A program made the position numbers and the translations under genes. DNA of 48,245 nt. It comes from a virus (taxonomy: Duplodnaviria; Caudoviricetes). Of the stretch, positions 8,461 to 19,199 are shown piece after piece. Below the pieces are notes generated by a model, which made no database searches, was not told the origin of the DNA, and was given only the letters and a program-made list of their open reading frames with translations. The stretch lies in IMG/VR virus record IMGVR_UViG_3300030207_000369, positions 1-48,245 of that record, one strand, 5' to 3'. The first letter of the stretch is position 1, and every line of letters begins with the position of its first letter.

Positions 8461-10567
8461 AGTCTCAGTACCAATAAATAGATTTGAAGGCGGGCTAAAC
8501 AACAGAGACGCGGCGAGAGATATTGGCGCAAACTTTCTTGCAGAAGCTGTTAATGTAGACGTAAGTTCTGTTGGTAGAGTAAGAACTCTTGGAGAGTTTA
8601 AGAACTTATCAACGTCTATAACTAGCAATGTAGATAATCATCAACCAGGATATGGTCTATTTAAAATAAATGTAGATGGTCCACCAGAAGCTAGTGGAAC
8701 TACAACTACTGGAGAACATTTAGTTTATGTAAATGGAGATGCAGAAGTATATGTAGGACCAACATCAAATGCTTTAGCTGCTTGGCATAGTGCTGACTTA
8801 GGTAGTGTTTCTACTTGTAAGCCAGTGTTTTATTATGCAGACGGTGGATTAAGGATAGCAGATTCTGTACTAGGCAATGCTTCTGAAACTATAGCTTTAC
8901 AAAGATTGGTAAGAAGTGCAGATGGATATGCAGCTCTTACAGAAAGAATGGATTTAATTGATGATGGATTTGCTGGACCTGTAAATGCGGACTTTGAAGA
9001 TAGTGACGCTAAAGATTGTGTTGCTGCAGCTAGTGGAGCAGAAGAAGGAGAAAACCCTAGTTCTGACTTTTTAGTACAAACATTACCTAGTGGAACAGAT
9101 GGACTGTGGCCTGCAAGTACTTATACTTTTGGTGCTAGCTATGTATACTATGGTAATCAAGAATCTAAGATATCTACAGGATTAACAAATATATCAGCAG
9201 ATGGAACTATTACATTAACAGATGGACAGTTTCCAAACATCAGTGTTTCTATAGGAGACGGAGATGTTAAGCTAGCTGAAATACAAGGAATGAGAATATA
9301 CTTAAGAGATATTAATAATCCTGACGATGAATTTACTATGTTGTTAGATATAGATTTTGAACAAGGTTCTAGAATATCTTTAGCAGATGACTTTGACTCT
9401 TTTGAAGATAAGAGTGGTTATAATGTTACTAACGATTCTAAAAATGTAAACTCAGATACTAGGGCTTATGCTATTAAACAACCAGGGCTTGATACTTATG
9501 CTACTATTAACGGATATTCTTCTGATGAAAAAGAAATATCATTTAATGGTAACTCGGCTTATGGTTACAAAACTGCGGTTGTAGCTAACCAAAGAGCTTT
9601 TGTTGGAAATATAGACTACGTAGATTCTGAAGGTAGAACAAAAGTTATGGGAGATAGAATACAATATACTCCTGTAAGAAAGTATGATTTGTTTCCACAA
9701 AGTTTTTATTTAGATATAGGAACAAACGACGGAGATGAGATTGTTAAACTAGCAGAGTTTAAAGATAAATTATTTGTTTATAAAAAAGATAAACTATTTG
9801 TTATTAACATAGCTTCAGGTTCTGATGCTGGTTGGTATGTAGAAGCAGAATTAGAAAATAGAGGAGTACAATCTCCTGGAGCAGTATGTAAATCAGATTT
9901 AGGATTAGTATGGGTGAATGAACACGGAATGTTTAGCTACTCAGAAGGTATACAAAAACTATCTAGTACTATAGATGACGCAACTTGGCAAACAAATATA
10001 GAACCTACAACAGCAATTGTAGGGTATGTTCCTAAAAAGAATCAAATTTTAGTTATTGGAGATACTAACGATACAAGTCCTGTAGGATATTTGTATGATA
10101 TACAAACAAATTCTATTGTAAATATAAATAGCACTAGTGTTTTAGAAGGAGACAAGGTAAGTAACTTTGTAGTATATGGAGAAGAATTAGTTTGCTTAGC
10201 AGATAGTGGTACGTTTAAAAGATATGACCCTACACCTGCAGCACAGACTATAGATATAAAAACGAAAGAAATAGATTTTGAATTACCTTCTGTAGATAAA
10301 AGATTTTATTCTATATATGCTACATATGAAGATGGAAACGCGGCTGTAATATCTGCTGGATTAGATGGAGCTGCTCCTTCTGACATATTTTTAGATGACA
10401 CAAATGCTAATGCATTAAATGCGACTAGTATGGGAACAGAAGAATTTACAATAGCAACTGCAAACAGAGGTGGTAAATCATTACAAATACAAGCTTCTGG
10501 AGCTGTAAGTGCTACATTTGAACTGCAAGATTTATCAGTTATATTAAGAGCGAAAGGACAAAGATAA
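8453..10567 (+). CDS. Tail nozzle / stabilisation protein (tail tubular protein B-like)
   Basis: N-terminal F-x-GGLN and NVD...GRVRT; beta-propeller-like segments (DGDEIVKL, LFVYKKDKLF); lies before the ejection proteins. Confidence 0.7.
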   Translation: MPKVSVPINRFEGGLNNRDAARDIGANFLAEAVNVDVSSVGRVRTLGEFKNLSTSITSNVDNHQPGYGLFKINVDGPPEASGTTTTGEHLVYVNGDAEVYVGPTSNALAAWHSADLGSVSTCKPVFYYADGGLRIADSVLGNASETIALQRLVRSADGYAALTERMDLIDDGFAGPVNADFEDSDAKDCVAAASGAEEGENPSSDFLVQTLPSGTDGLWPASTYTFGASYVYYGNQESKISTGLTNISADGTITLTDGQFPNISVSIGDGDVKLAEIQGMRIYLRDINNPDDEFTMLLDIDFEQGSRISLADDFDSFEDKSGYNVTNDSKNVNSDTRAYAIKQPGLDTYATINGYSSDEKEISFNGNSAYGYKTAVVANQRAFVGNIDYVDSEGRTKVMGDRIQYTPVRKYDLFPQSFYLDIGTNDGDEIVKLAEFKDKLFVYKKDKLFVINIASGSDAGWYVEAELENRGVQSPGAVCKSDLGLVWVNEHGMFSYSEGIQKLSSTIDDATWQTNIEPTTAIVGYVPKKNQILVIGDTNDTSPVGYLYDIQTNSIVNINSTSVLEGDKVSNFVVYGEELVCLADSGTFKRYDPTPAAQTIDIKTKEIDFELPSVDKRFYSIYATYEDGNAAVISAGLDGAAPSDIFLDDTNANALNATSMGTEEFTIATANRGGKSLQIQASGAVSATFELQDLSVILRAKGQR

Positions 10568-10953
10568 TGTCATTAACTAAAGGTAGAAGAATAGCAGGTA
10601 CTAATAAACAAATAAAACGTGGAGCTGTTGGTAAAAGCGAAATGAAGAATGGAGAAGAAGTTATACAATATCATAATGGTAGACTTAAAGTTATTAGAAA
10701 AGAATTTGGTAAAATGTTTGAACTAGAGTTTGTTCAACAAAAAGGACCAGCAGAACAAAAAGAATTAAAAACATTTGCTAAGAACTCTGATGTAAAAAAA
10801 CCAGCTAAAGATGCTATAAAGGTATTTAAAGATGGTGTTAGAGTAGCTACTGGTAAATCTTTCTATGGTTCTGTACCTGCTGCTGGAGATTCAAGCGTAC
10901 TAACAGGAGAGTTTGAAGTTGCCCCAGACGGCGAAAGTTTAATACTGAAATGA
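10567..10953 (+). CDS. Hypothetical structural protein
   Basis: TAATG-coupled 128-aa ORF. Confidence 0.6.
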   Translation: MSLTKGRRIAGTNKQIKRGAVGKSEMKNGEEVIQYHNGRLKVIRKEFGKMFELEFVQQKGPAEQKELKTFAKNSDVKKPAKDAIKVFKDGVRVATGKSFYGSVPAAGDSSVLTGEFEVAPDGESLILK

Positions 10954-10959
10954 TAAACC

Positions 10960-10989
10960 TTGACATAAATAACAAATTTTTAGTACCTT
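10960..10989 (+). promoter_or_regulatory. Sigma70-type promoter, probably giving a leaderless endolysin mRNA
   Basis: TTGACA-18-TACCTT, ATG 6 nt after the -10. Confidence 0.55.
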
Positions 10990-10995
10990 GTACTG

Positions 10996-11541
10996 ATGAA
11001 GATTATACACATCTTGTTTGTGTTTATAACGTTAAATTTAATAGGAGACAGTGTGAGCGTTAAAGATACTCAAATAAAATCACTAATTAAGGACGTTTGC
11101 ATTCAATTAGGAGATAAGTATGCGAAGAAAGAAGCTTTGGATATTGTCTACGCAACTGGACTTGTGGAAAGTAAGTACGAATACATTGAACAAATTGGCC
11201 CAGGTCCGGCAAAAAGCTTTTGGCAAGTTGAGCCAGAGACAGCTGTGGACAACTGTAAAAATTTTATATCAGCTCGTCCTGAACTTATGCAAGCTGCTTC
11301 AGATATTCTTGGTATTGACCCTTATCACTTTATTGACCCTCAACTTGATAATTGGGACTGGATTCTTCGCACTAATATTGCTGCTGGTATCTTGCATTGT
11401 AGGATTAAGTACTGGCGTGTACCAGAACCTATTGAGAATAGTAAAGAAGGACTAGCAAAGTATTGGAAAGAACACTACAACACAGCAGAAGGTGCTGGTA
11501 GTGTAGAACATTTTTTACATTTAACGGAAGGAAAATTATAA
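10996..11541 (+). CDS. Lysozyme-like endolysin / lytic transglycosylase
   Basis: TGLVES catalytic Glu motif, GPAKSFWQVEPET, LAKYWKEHYNT; hydrophobic N-terminus; alternative GTG start at 11053. Confidence 0.7.
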   Translation: MKIIHILFVFITLNLIGDSVSVKDTQIKSLIKDVCIQLGDKYAKKEALDIVYATGLVESKYEYIEQIGPGPAKSFWQVEPETAVDNCKNFISARPELMQAASDILGIDPYHFIDPQLDNWDWILRTNIAAGILHCRIKYWRVPEPIENSKEGLAKYWKEHYNTAEGAGSVEHFLHLTEGKL

Positions 11542-12254
11542 TGGCAAGTTTTGCACAGCTAATCGGAAGATTAAAAGCTCAACAAAAACTACAATCTGAC
11601 TTAGGTAGAAGTGCTTTAGGTATAGATGTAGAAACAGAAGGTCAACAGCTAAGAGAGGCAAGGTCAAAATATAGAGATGACGTAGAAGCAGCTCAAAGAG
11701 CAATGGCTAAAAAAGAAAGAAAAAGAAGCAGAAGAGGATTGCTTGGAAGTCTTCTTGGAACTGGTTTATCTTTTGTACCTGGACTAGGAGCTGTAGGCGG
11801 AGCATTAATTGGTGGACTGGCTTCGTCTTTAGGAAGAAGTTCTGTTAAACCTTATGCTGGAACTATTAGTACCAGTCTTCCTGGCGGTAAGTTTCATAAT
11901 CCAGCAAGAAAAGAATTTAGTGCAGACATAGCATCTACAAACAGATTTTTAGCAGATGCTGTAGAAGGACAAAGTTTATTAAATCAGACTAATGCATTAA
12001 CCGATGCATATAATATATACGGTTTTCAAAATGCTTTTGGAGATGATATAAGAGGATTCTTTGGAGGAGATGAAACCGAATCTGCTAAACCTAGAACTCT
12101 AGGTCAAACTTATGAGTATCAAGTAGGTGGTAAAGATGGATTTACACTAACAGATTATATTAACGACCCATTTGATAGAGCGAAAGGTGGTTTGTTTGGC
12201 GGTACAAATAAAGGATTTATGAGAAGTTATAACACACAAAGGAAAGGATTGTAA
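11541..12254 (+). CDS. Internal virion (ejection) protein
   Basis: Gly/Ala-rich hydrophobic hairpin GLLGSLLGTGLSFVPGLGAVGGALIGG; podovirus ejectosome position. Confidence 0.6.
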   Translation: MASFAQLIGRLKAQQKLQSDLGRSALGIDVETEGQQLREARSKYRDDVEAAQRAMAKKERKRSRRGLLGSLLGTGLSFVPGLGAVGGALIGGLASSLGRSSVKPYAGTISTSLPGGKFHNPARKEFSADIASTNRFLADAVEGQSLLNQTNALTDAYNIYGFQNAFGDDIRGFFGGDETESAKPRTLGQTYEYQVGGKDGFTLTDYINDPFDRAKGGLFGGTNKGFMRSYNTQRKGL

Positions 12255-12256
12255 TT

Positions 12257-13243
12257 ATGTCAATGTACGACGATTTATTAAAACAAATGCAAGGCAGTTT
12301 TGTGCAAAACAATCCTAAGATGTTTGGTAATCAAGGAGGATTTACTTCATCTAATTTTGGATTTAATGACCCAGACGTTATTAAGCCTGGAGGCGGAGGA
12401 ACTGTTGGAGGAACTGGCGGTGGAGACAATACCAATCCAGGTGGTACTGGTGGAGGTGGAAACACTGGAGGTGGAAGCTCTCCTAGTTATGGAGCAACTA
12501 CTTATGGAGGTGGATTTCAATCTCAGTTTTCTGGTGTAGAAGATGTTTTATCTGCATCGGGACAATCAGGATTTAACTTATTTAACCCAGCTGAACAATT
12601 TGGTTATGGTTCAGAATATTCTGAATACTTTGGAACTTTTGATGTAGGCGGTTATGAACAATCTATGGCAGCCTTACAAGACCAACAATCTAGATTATTG
12701 TCTGATGTTGGACAACGTTTTCGTTCAAGAACTCAAGGAATGCAAGCAGACTTACAAGATACATTACTAGGTATGACTGGAAAAGAAAGTACATCTGGTC
12801 TTGTTGGAGGTAGACAAGCAGAAAGAAGAAGACTTACAAGAGAAGGACAAGGACAAAATTTAGAAAACTTAGGACAAGAAACACAACAAAGATATGCTGG
12901 AGTCCAAGAAAGAATAGGTCAGCAAATAGGAATATTAGAAGGTTCTTTAATGGACTTTATATCTAATCAATCTAATATAGCATTAAACTTATTACAATCT
13001 GGAGCAAATAAACAACAGTCTGAAGATTATAATACAGGATATGCAGCACAACCTAGAGGAGCTTCTATGACAGCGTCTCAATTATCTGGATATCAAGGAA
13101 GGTTTGGAGACTTAACTAATTCATCTGCAGCTTTTGCAGCCTTTGTTCAAAATGCTCATAGTAATTTAGATGAAAACCAATTGGCAGAATTAGCAAATGC
13201 TATATATAACCAATATCAAAGCAGCGAAGAGGAGACAGTATAA
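12257..13243 (+). CDS. Internal virion (ejection) protein
   Basis: G/Q/S-rich and helical; position in the cluster. Confidence 0.6.
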   Translation: MSMYDDLLKQMQGSFVQNNPKMFGNQGGFTSSNFGFNDPDVIKPGGGGTVGGTGGGDNTNPGGTGGGGNTGGGSSPSYGATTYGGGFQSQFSGVEDVLSASGQSGFNLFNPAEQFGYGSEYSEYFGTFDVGGYEQSMAALQDQQSRLLSDVGQRFRSRTQGMQADLQDTLLGMTGKESTSGLVGGRQAERRRLTREGQGQNLENLGQETQQRYAGVQERIGQQIGILEGSLMDFISNQSNIALNLLQSGANKQQSEDYNTGYAAQPRGASMTASQLSGYQGRFGDLTNSSAAFAAFVQNAHSNLDENQLAELANAIYNQYQSSEEETV

Positions 13244-14616
13244 TGGCAAGAAATCCTTTATACCCAACTACGCCTGGACAAACAGCCGTAGACAGATTAT
13301 TAAACGAAACTTTACCTAGAATTATTTCAGATAAAGAAGCTGCAAATGAAAGACAGCAAGTAAGAGATGATGCTTTAGCTCAACGAACAATTGAAAATAC
13401 TTTAGCTAGAGATAAATTTAATTTTGATAAAGAAGAAGCAAGACGAGCTAGGACAGAAAAACTTCAAACAGAGGCTTTTAATAATGCTAGCACAATTTTA
13501 GAACAAGCAGAACTTATAGATGACCCTGAGAAGAAAGCAATTTTGTATGACAGAGCTGGTGAATATCTACTTAAATCAGGAAGAAAGCCATCAGACTTTG
13601 GAATAGGAGAGACTGGAGCTATAACACAACAAATACGAGCAACTATTTCATCAGATGCTTCATACGATGAGCATAAGATTCATTTAGACCCTTCTACAAA
13701 TCAAAGCTCTACTGAAGCAGAGATTAGTAAAGCTTATTTTGCTGTTGCTAATATTAAAAATACTTTAAGCGACACTAACAAAACAGAGTTTGAAGGTTTT
13801 GTTGGCGATTGGGAAACAATTGATGACACAAGATTTGATTTTTATAAAAGACCAGAGTATGCACAGTCAACTATTGATACACTTCAAAAGGCTACCAAAG
13901 ATTCTAAGATAACTGTTGACTACAGTGCAGTTCCTACAGAACTTAGAAAAGAAATTACTGAAGCTATAGTTGCTGAAAGAAGCAATATAGGTAATCCTCT
14001 TTATGGCCAAGCTCCGACAAGCGAAGAAGTTAATGCATACTATTTTGATAATTATAACCCAGGTAAACTAGCTGAAGACTCTTCAAAACTTTACTTAGGA
14101 GAATGGTATGAAACTCTAGACAAAGTAGAAGAAAGAACTACACATCTTTCTAATATTCCTATAGACTCAGCTGTAGAACATTCAAGAAATATTGTATATG
14201 CTTTAAGTGTTATAAAAGCAAAAGACGGAAAACAGTTAGAAGGAGAAGCTTTAAGGAAAGAAGCAATTAAATTTGGTATTCCAGAAAAAGTTATGATTCA
14301 AATATCAGACGAGTTTGAAGCTAAACCTGAGATAAAAACAGTAGTTGTAACTGATGAACAAAAAGCAAAGACTGAAGCTAGAAACAAAAAGAAAGAAGCA
14401 GATAAGAAAGCTTTATATAGTGGCGGTCTGACAAATTACAATGCAAATAGATTTAGAAGTATAGAAGTCTACGGTAATGTTCCTGGAAACGCAACAAGAA
14501 TAAAAGCTGAGGCTAACATACAAGCTCAAATAGACGAGTACAATAAGAAATACCCAGAATCTCCAGTAACTTTTGAAGAAATACAACAGTTATATAGAGA
14601 AGCTAACAAAAAATAA
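13243..14616 (+). CDS. Internal virion (ejection) protein
   Basis: Helical charged 457-aa ORF, TAATG-coupled. Confidence 0.55.
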   Translation: MARNPLYPTTPGQTAVDRLLNETLPRIISDKEAANERQQVRDDALAQRTIENTLARDKFNFDKEEARRARTEKLQTEAFNNASTILEQAELIDDPEKKAILYDRAGEYLLKSGRKPSDFGIGETGAITQQIRATISSDASYDEHKIHLDPSTNQSSTEAEISKAYFAVANIKNTLSDTNKTEFEGFVGDWETIDDTRFDFYKRPEYAQSTIDTLQKATKDSKITVDYSAVPTELRKEITEAIVAERSNIGNPLYGQAPTSEEVNAYYFDNYNPGKLAEDSSKLYLGEWYETLDKVEERTTHLSNIPIDSAVEHSRNIVYALSVIKAKDGKQLEGEALRKEAIKFGIPEKVMIQISDEFEAKPEIKTVVVTDEQKAKTEARNKKKEADKKALYSGGLTNYNANRFRSIEVYGNVPGNATRIKAEANIQAQIDEYNKKYPESPVTFEEIQQLYREANKK

Positions 14617-14618
14617 TA

Positions 14619-17600
14619 ATGCCACAAACAACATTGACACTAAGACCGAGACAAACGTCTCTAAATCAAACTGATAAACCTAAATTACAGTTACAACCTA
14701 GAGGTCAGTCAGAAAACGTTGGAAGCTACAAGCCTTACAATGATATGACTAAGGAAGAAAGAGATGCAGATAGAGAAAGATTCTGGGACTCTGTGCCTGT
14801 ATGGTATAAAAAAGCATACAATCAATCACTAGGTGGTATGATGCACGAGATGATGACTGGTAGAAAATACTATGATTTAAAAAATGCTCCACCTAATCAA
14901 GTAGAAGATTTTGTTGCAACAATAGCTGCATTCTTTGCTTCTAAAGAAGACTTGGCTTTAATGGCTACAAGTGGAGGAACTGCTAGTATTGCAGGTAGAG
15001 TTGCGTTAACTAAAATTGCTGGTAAACAAGCATCAAAAGGATTAGTAGAGAGAAGAGTTGCTGCACAATTAGCGAGAGGAACAAACATATCTTACAAAAC
15101 AGCAAGAACTATTGTAGACGATGTTGTAGAACAAGGTCTACCTCAAATGGCAATTCTTGGTACACACGACGGATTATATAAGGCAGCAACCAGAACAAGA
15201 GATGAGATGATGAAATCTGGTAATACTATTGAACTTATGACTGGTAGAGAGTTTGATAAAAATGGAGGATTCTTGGGAGGAACCTGGACTAATAGAGATA
15301 ACTTTGCACTAAAAGCATTTGCTTTGAACGAAGTTATGCGTAATTCTAAACTAAAAGATTATGCAAGAGGCGGAGCAATGGGACTAACTGGAGGTACAGC
15401 TAGAGCGTTGAGAGCGCTTCCTTCTGCTGGCATATCAAAATTAGAAAAAAAGGGTAGCACAATTAGAAAAGGAGGATTAGAATTATTGGAAACTGTTACC
15501 GGAAAGAAAAAGGGTGCTGGTCTATTCTATGAATCAATGACTTTCGCTGCACTTCAAGGACCTGTATATGAAGGAAGAGCTCCTGAAGGTGCGGACATTA
15601 TTACTGGACTTGCTTTAGCTGGAGCTATATCAATACCAGGAAGAACTCTATCGTATGGAAAGGGAAAGATTAATGAAAAATTAAAGTTTGAATTTGCTGA
15701 CTTTGAAACTAAAGAACTTACTGAACTAGCTGCTAAGGCAGAAAGATATGGTGGTACAATAAATTACGACTTATTAAATCCTACTGCAAGAGGAGCTGTC
15801 GGACCAGTAATTAAAGGAACAAATTTAGCAGTTAAAGAAAGTTTAAAAGACTCTAAGCAAAAAGCTCCTAAAGAAGCAATAGGTAGTAGAAGAGTAGCTG
15901 TTATTCAAGATAGTATAGCTCAAGATGCTAAAGGCAACATTACTATGAAAGTCAAGGTTGGTAAGGGAGACGGTAAACAAGCTGGAACTTTAGAATTAGA
16001 CGCAAGAAATACTAAAAAGTTTTTTGACTATTATGTTGAAAGACCTAATGAGTATAAAAAAGATTATGGTAGCATTATAGGTAAAAGAAAGGGAGATATA
16101 ACAAAGTTTGACAAAGTTAGAAATGATAAAGTTATTGAAGTTCTAGAAAGTAATGCTAAAAAAGGAACAAAAGGGTATAATAAAAGTGATTGGGATAACG
16201 CTGTTGCATATCTTGCAGGCTTAAAAGTTAAAGGAACAAACGAAGCTCAGTTTAAAAAGATAGCTAAAATGGTAAGAGACGGTAAAGAAGTTACTTTGAA
16301 AGATATGAACGACTCTACCAAAGCTGTTCTTGCTAGATATATAGATGACGCTAAATATATTAGAGAGTTTGTAAACAAAAATTCTAAGGTTTATAATGTA
16401 ACAAGACTGTTCAATCCCGCCGGTTTATTAAATAGTGAAAAAGGATTTTTCTCAAGAGCTCTTACTTTTTTCAAACCAGCATATTCTCAGCTAGATAGCA
16501 AGCACGCTAAAATGGCTTTAAGAATGTTAGACGAAGTAAGTGTTGGAGCTCAAAATAAAACTGCTGGAAGATACGCAAAGCTTGATGAGATAGTAGGTAT
16601 GGGAGACGTATCTATTGTTGGAAAAGCTACTGCGTCTTGGTGGAAAAAATATTTGACAGGTGGAGAAGCTTGGGACGATTTAAATAAAATTAATCAATTA
16701 GATAGATTAAATAAAAATACCAAAGGAAGACAAACTGTAATTAATGACTTTAAAAAAGAGTTAAACAACCCAAATTTATCTAAAGCGGAAAAAGATAAAT
16801 TAAAACTCAAAATAGAATTTCTTCCTAGAATGAAAGAATACACAGACGAAATATTTAAAGATGCTAAAGATGTAGGTATTAATGTTGCAGATTACGTTGA
16901 ATCATATGTTCCATTTATGTTTAAAAAAGAAGTTCTTGATGTGTTATTTGACGGCACAAGACAAATAGAAGATAAGATTCAAAAAATAGCAGGAGATTTG
17001 AGATTAGATGGTAACTACGGAAAAGAAACTAGAAAAGAATTAAATGAAGCTATTGAAGAGTTGGTCAAAACTTTTGACAAAAAACTAAAAAGAAAAGGTA
17101 ATGCAAAAGGAGATGACTTTAAGTCTATGTTTAATAAACTTATGGAGACTAGAGCAGACGGAACAAAGCCAGACGCTTATGACGCTTATGCAACTATGGC
17201 TATGGGATTAGAAAGTTTAACAAAGAAACAGTTTGCTCCTTTAGAAAAGTCTAGAAAACTAGGTAATACTGGTGTAAAAACTGGAGAGTTTACAAGGATA
17301 GCTTTAGAAAGAAGTGAGTTATATGAAAAGAATATAATTAATTTATTCCAGGATTATACAGCTGGTAGTACAAAAAGAATAGAAATGGCTAGAGCTTTTA
17401 CTCCTAATTATAAATTGTTAGATAATCTTAAAAATCAAATAGGAGACCAGGCAATTCCTTTCTCTTTTATACCAGGATATGCTGCAAAGACTGAAAAACA
17501 AGCTGTTGAAATGGCAGTAGATATTTTTACTGGAGATATTAATTTTGATAAAAATCTAACTCTTTCTAAATTTTTACAGTCAGTAAATAATTTAGAGATG

Positions 17601-19199
17601 TTAACTAAGATTGCATCTGGTTTTGCTCCTATTGTTAACATTACTCAGACTATGATATCATCTATGATAATAAGTCCTATGGCTGCTAGTAAAAGTATGT
17701 TTGACTTAGCTAGAAATGTTACAGTAGGAAAAGGCAAGAACAGAATGGGTATTAGGGATTATATTAGAGAAACAGGAGCTACTGTTCGTACAGCTTTTGA
17801 AGAACTTATGGTAGCAGACCCTTACCTTCAACAAGGAGCTTCTGTTTTACAAAAGTATGGAGAAAATCCAACTCAAGAAATTATAAGAGACTTGTTATTT
17901 GGTAATGATAGAAGACAAGCCTTTAGAAATGGAATTGATTTTATAAGAGACGCTACAGATTTAATAAGAACTAATAAAACAGAATCTCTTAGAAGAGGTA
18001 TAGCTAAGATGACTCAAGCAGGTGCTAAGTATAGTGGATTTACAAAAATTAATGAAGTAAACCAAGTTATAGCTGCGGCTACTGCGGAACAATTAGTTAT
18101 AAACTTTACTAAAATATTGACCGGTAAAAAAGTTGGGCTAGGTATATTGGACACTGCTGCTCCTGAACTTAGAAAAAGATGGGCTTTAAAGAGTTTAAAA
18201 AGAATGGGACTAAGAGAAAAAGATATTCTTGCTAATGCAGATAATATTATAAATAGAAACTATAGTTTAAAAAATGTTGCTCTTAAGAGACAAATACAAA
18301 GAGCTATGGTTAAATTCGCTTTAGATTCTCAGATGCAAAGAAGTTTTACTAGAGACCCTTTCTTTTTCAATGACCCTAATATGAAATCTTTATTCCTGTT
18401 TAAAAGATTTGGATACAGACAGGCTACATATATGAAAGCAGAAGTAGAAAGAGAAGTATTAGACGGAAATATTATGCCTATTTTACAACTTGGTATGGCT
18501 GGTTTAGTTGGAGGTCCTGCTGTTATGTGGGCAAGAGAACAGTATTCTAAGCTACTAACAGGAGAAGAACAATATTACGGAAGAGACAATAGAAGAAAAT
18601 TATTAGAACAACCAGACTGGCAAGACTATATAAATGGGTTTGCAAATGTAGGTTCTTTTGGTATGATTACAGATGTTATGGCAGATGACGAAGGTCCTCG
18701 TAGACAAATAGAAAGATTCCTTACTCCTGTTCAATGGGACGACTTTAAAAGAATACAAAGAGCTGCAGATAAGTTTTCTGAAAATTTAACTCTATATCCA
18801 AATATGAAAGATGTTCCTATTAGAAAAGCCGTTGCAGAACTATTACCTATCTTTGGTACTATTCCTGGTAGACTTGCAAAAAGACCTCTTGAGACAGAAG
18901 CTATGACTAAAGATAGAGTTAGAAACAACAAGAAAAGAACTGTAGAGTATATTAGGGAACTGATAGAAGCTGGACAGCTAGATAAAGCCCTTGAAGTTGC
19001 ACAAGCTTTTAACACAGTCTTTGCTGAACCTAATGTAGAAAGAGGTGTTGCTGCTAGTGCTTTTGGATTGAGAGAGGACACTTACAGAGGATACCCTAGT
19101 TTAAGAATAACTTACGCAGATTTCAGTCCAAAGATAATGGAAAGAAGATACTATAAATCACTGTTAAAAGAACAGAAAGAGAAAGTGTATGTACCATAA
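14619..19199 (+). CDS. Large internal virion / DNA-transfer protein
   Basis: 1526-aa helical protein at the end of the ejection cluster. Confidence 0.65.
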   Translation: MPQTTLTLRPRQTSLNQTDKPKLQLQPRGQSENVGSYKPYNDMTKEERDADRERFWDSVPVWYKKAYNQSLGGMMHEMMTGRKYYDLKNAPPNQVEDFVATIAAFFASKEDLALMATSGGTASIAGRVALTKIAGKQASKGLVERRVAAQLARGTNISYKTARTIVDDVVEQGLPQMAILGTHDGLYKAATRTRDEMMKSGNTIELMTGREFDKNGGFLGGTWTNRDNFALKAFALNEVMRNSKLKDYARGGAMGLTGGTARALRALPSAGISKLEKKGSTIRKGGLELLETVTGKKKGAGLFYESMTFAALQGPVYEGRAPEGADIITGLALAGAISIPGRTLSYGKGKINEKLKFEFADFETKELTELAAKAERYGGTINYDLLNPTARGAVGPVIKGTNLAVKESLKDSKQKAPKEAIGSRRVAVIQDSIAQDAKGNITMKVKVGKGDGKQAGTLELDARNTKKFFDYYVERPNEYKKDYGSIIGKRKGDITKFDKVRNDKVIEVLESNAKKGTKGYNKSDWDNAVAYLAGLKVKGTNEAQFKKIAKMVRDGKEVTLKDMNDSTKAVLARYIDDAKYIREFVNKNSKVYNVTRLFNPAGLLNSEKGFFSRALTFFKPAYSQLDSKHAKMALRMLDEVSVGAQNKTAGRYAKLDEIVGMGDVSIVGKATASWWKKYLTGGEAWDDLNKINQLDRLNKNTKGRQTVINDFKKELNNPNLSKAEKDKLKLKIEFLPRMKEYTDEIFKDAKDVGINVADYVESYVPFMFKKEVLDVLFDGTRQIEDKIQKIAGDLRLDGNYGKETRKELNEAIEELVKTFDKKLKRKGNAKGDDFKSMFNKLMETRADGTKPDAYDAYATMAMGLESLTKKQFAPLEKSRKLGNTGVKTGEFTRIALERSELYEKNIINLFQDYTAGSTKRIEMARAFTPNYKLLDNLKNQIGDQAIPFSFIPGYAAKTEKQAVEMAVDIFTGDINFDKNLTLSKFLQSVNNLEMLTKIASGFAPIVNITQTMISSMIISPMAASKSMFDLARNVTVGKGKNRMGIRDYIRETGATVRTAFEELMVADPYLQQGASVLQKYGENPTQEIIRDLLFGNDRRQAFRNGIDFIRDATDLIRTNKTESLRRGIAKMTQAGAKYSGFTKINEVNQVIAAATAEQLVINFTKILTGKKVGLGILDTAAPELRKRWALKSLKRMGLREKDILANADNIINRNYSLKNVALKRQIQRAMVKFALDSQMQRSFTRDPFFFNDPNMKSLFLFKRFGYRQATYMKAEVEREVLDGNIMPILQLGMAGLVGGPAVMWAREQYSKLLTGEEQYYGRDNRRKLLEQPDWQDYINGFANVGSFGMITDVMADDEGPRRQIERFLTPVQWDDFKRIQRAADKFSENLTLYPNMKDVPIRKAVAELLPIFGTIPGRLAKRPLETEAMTKDRVRNNKKRTVEYIRELIEAGQLDKALEVAQAFNTVFAEPNVERGVAASAFGLREDTYRGYPSLRITYADFSPKIMERRYYKSLLKEQKEKVYVP

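Noticed and set aside
14619-19199. Virion RNA polymerase or other enzyme in the 1526-aa protein
   Set aside because: No polymerase, transglycosylase or methylase motifs recognised by eye
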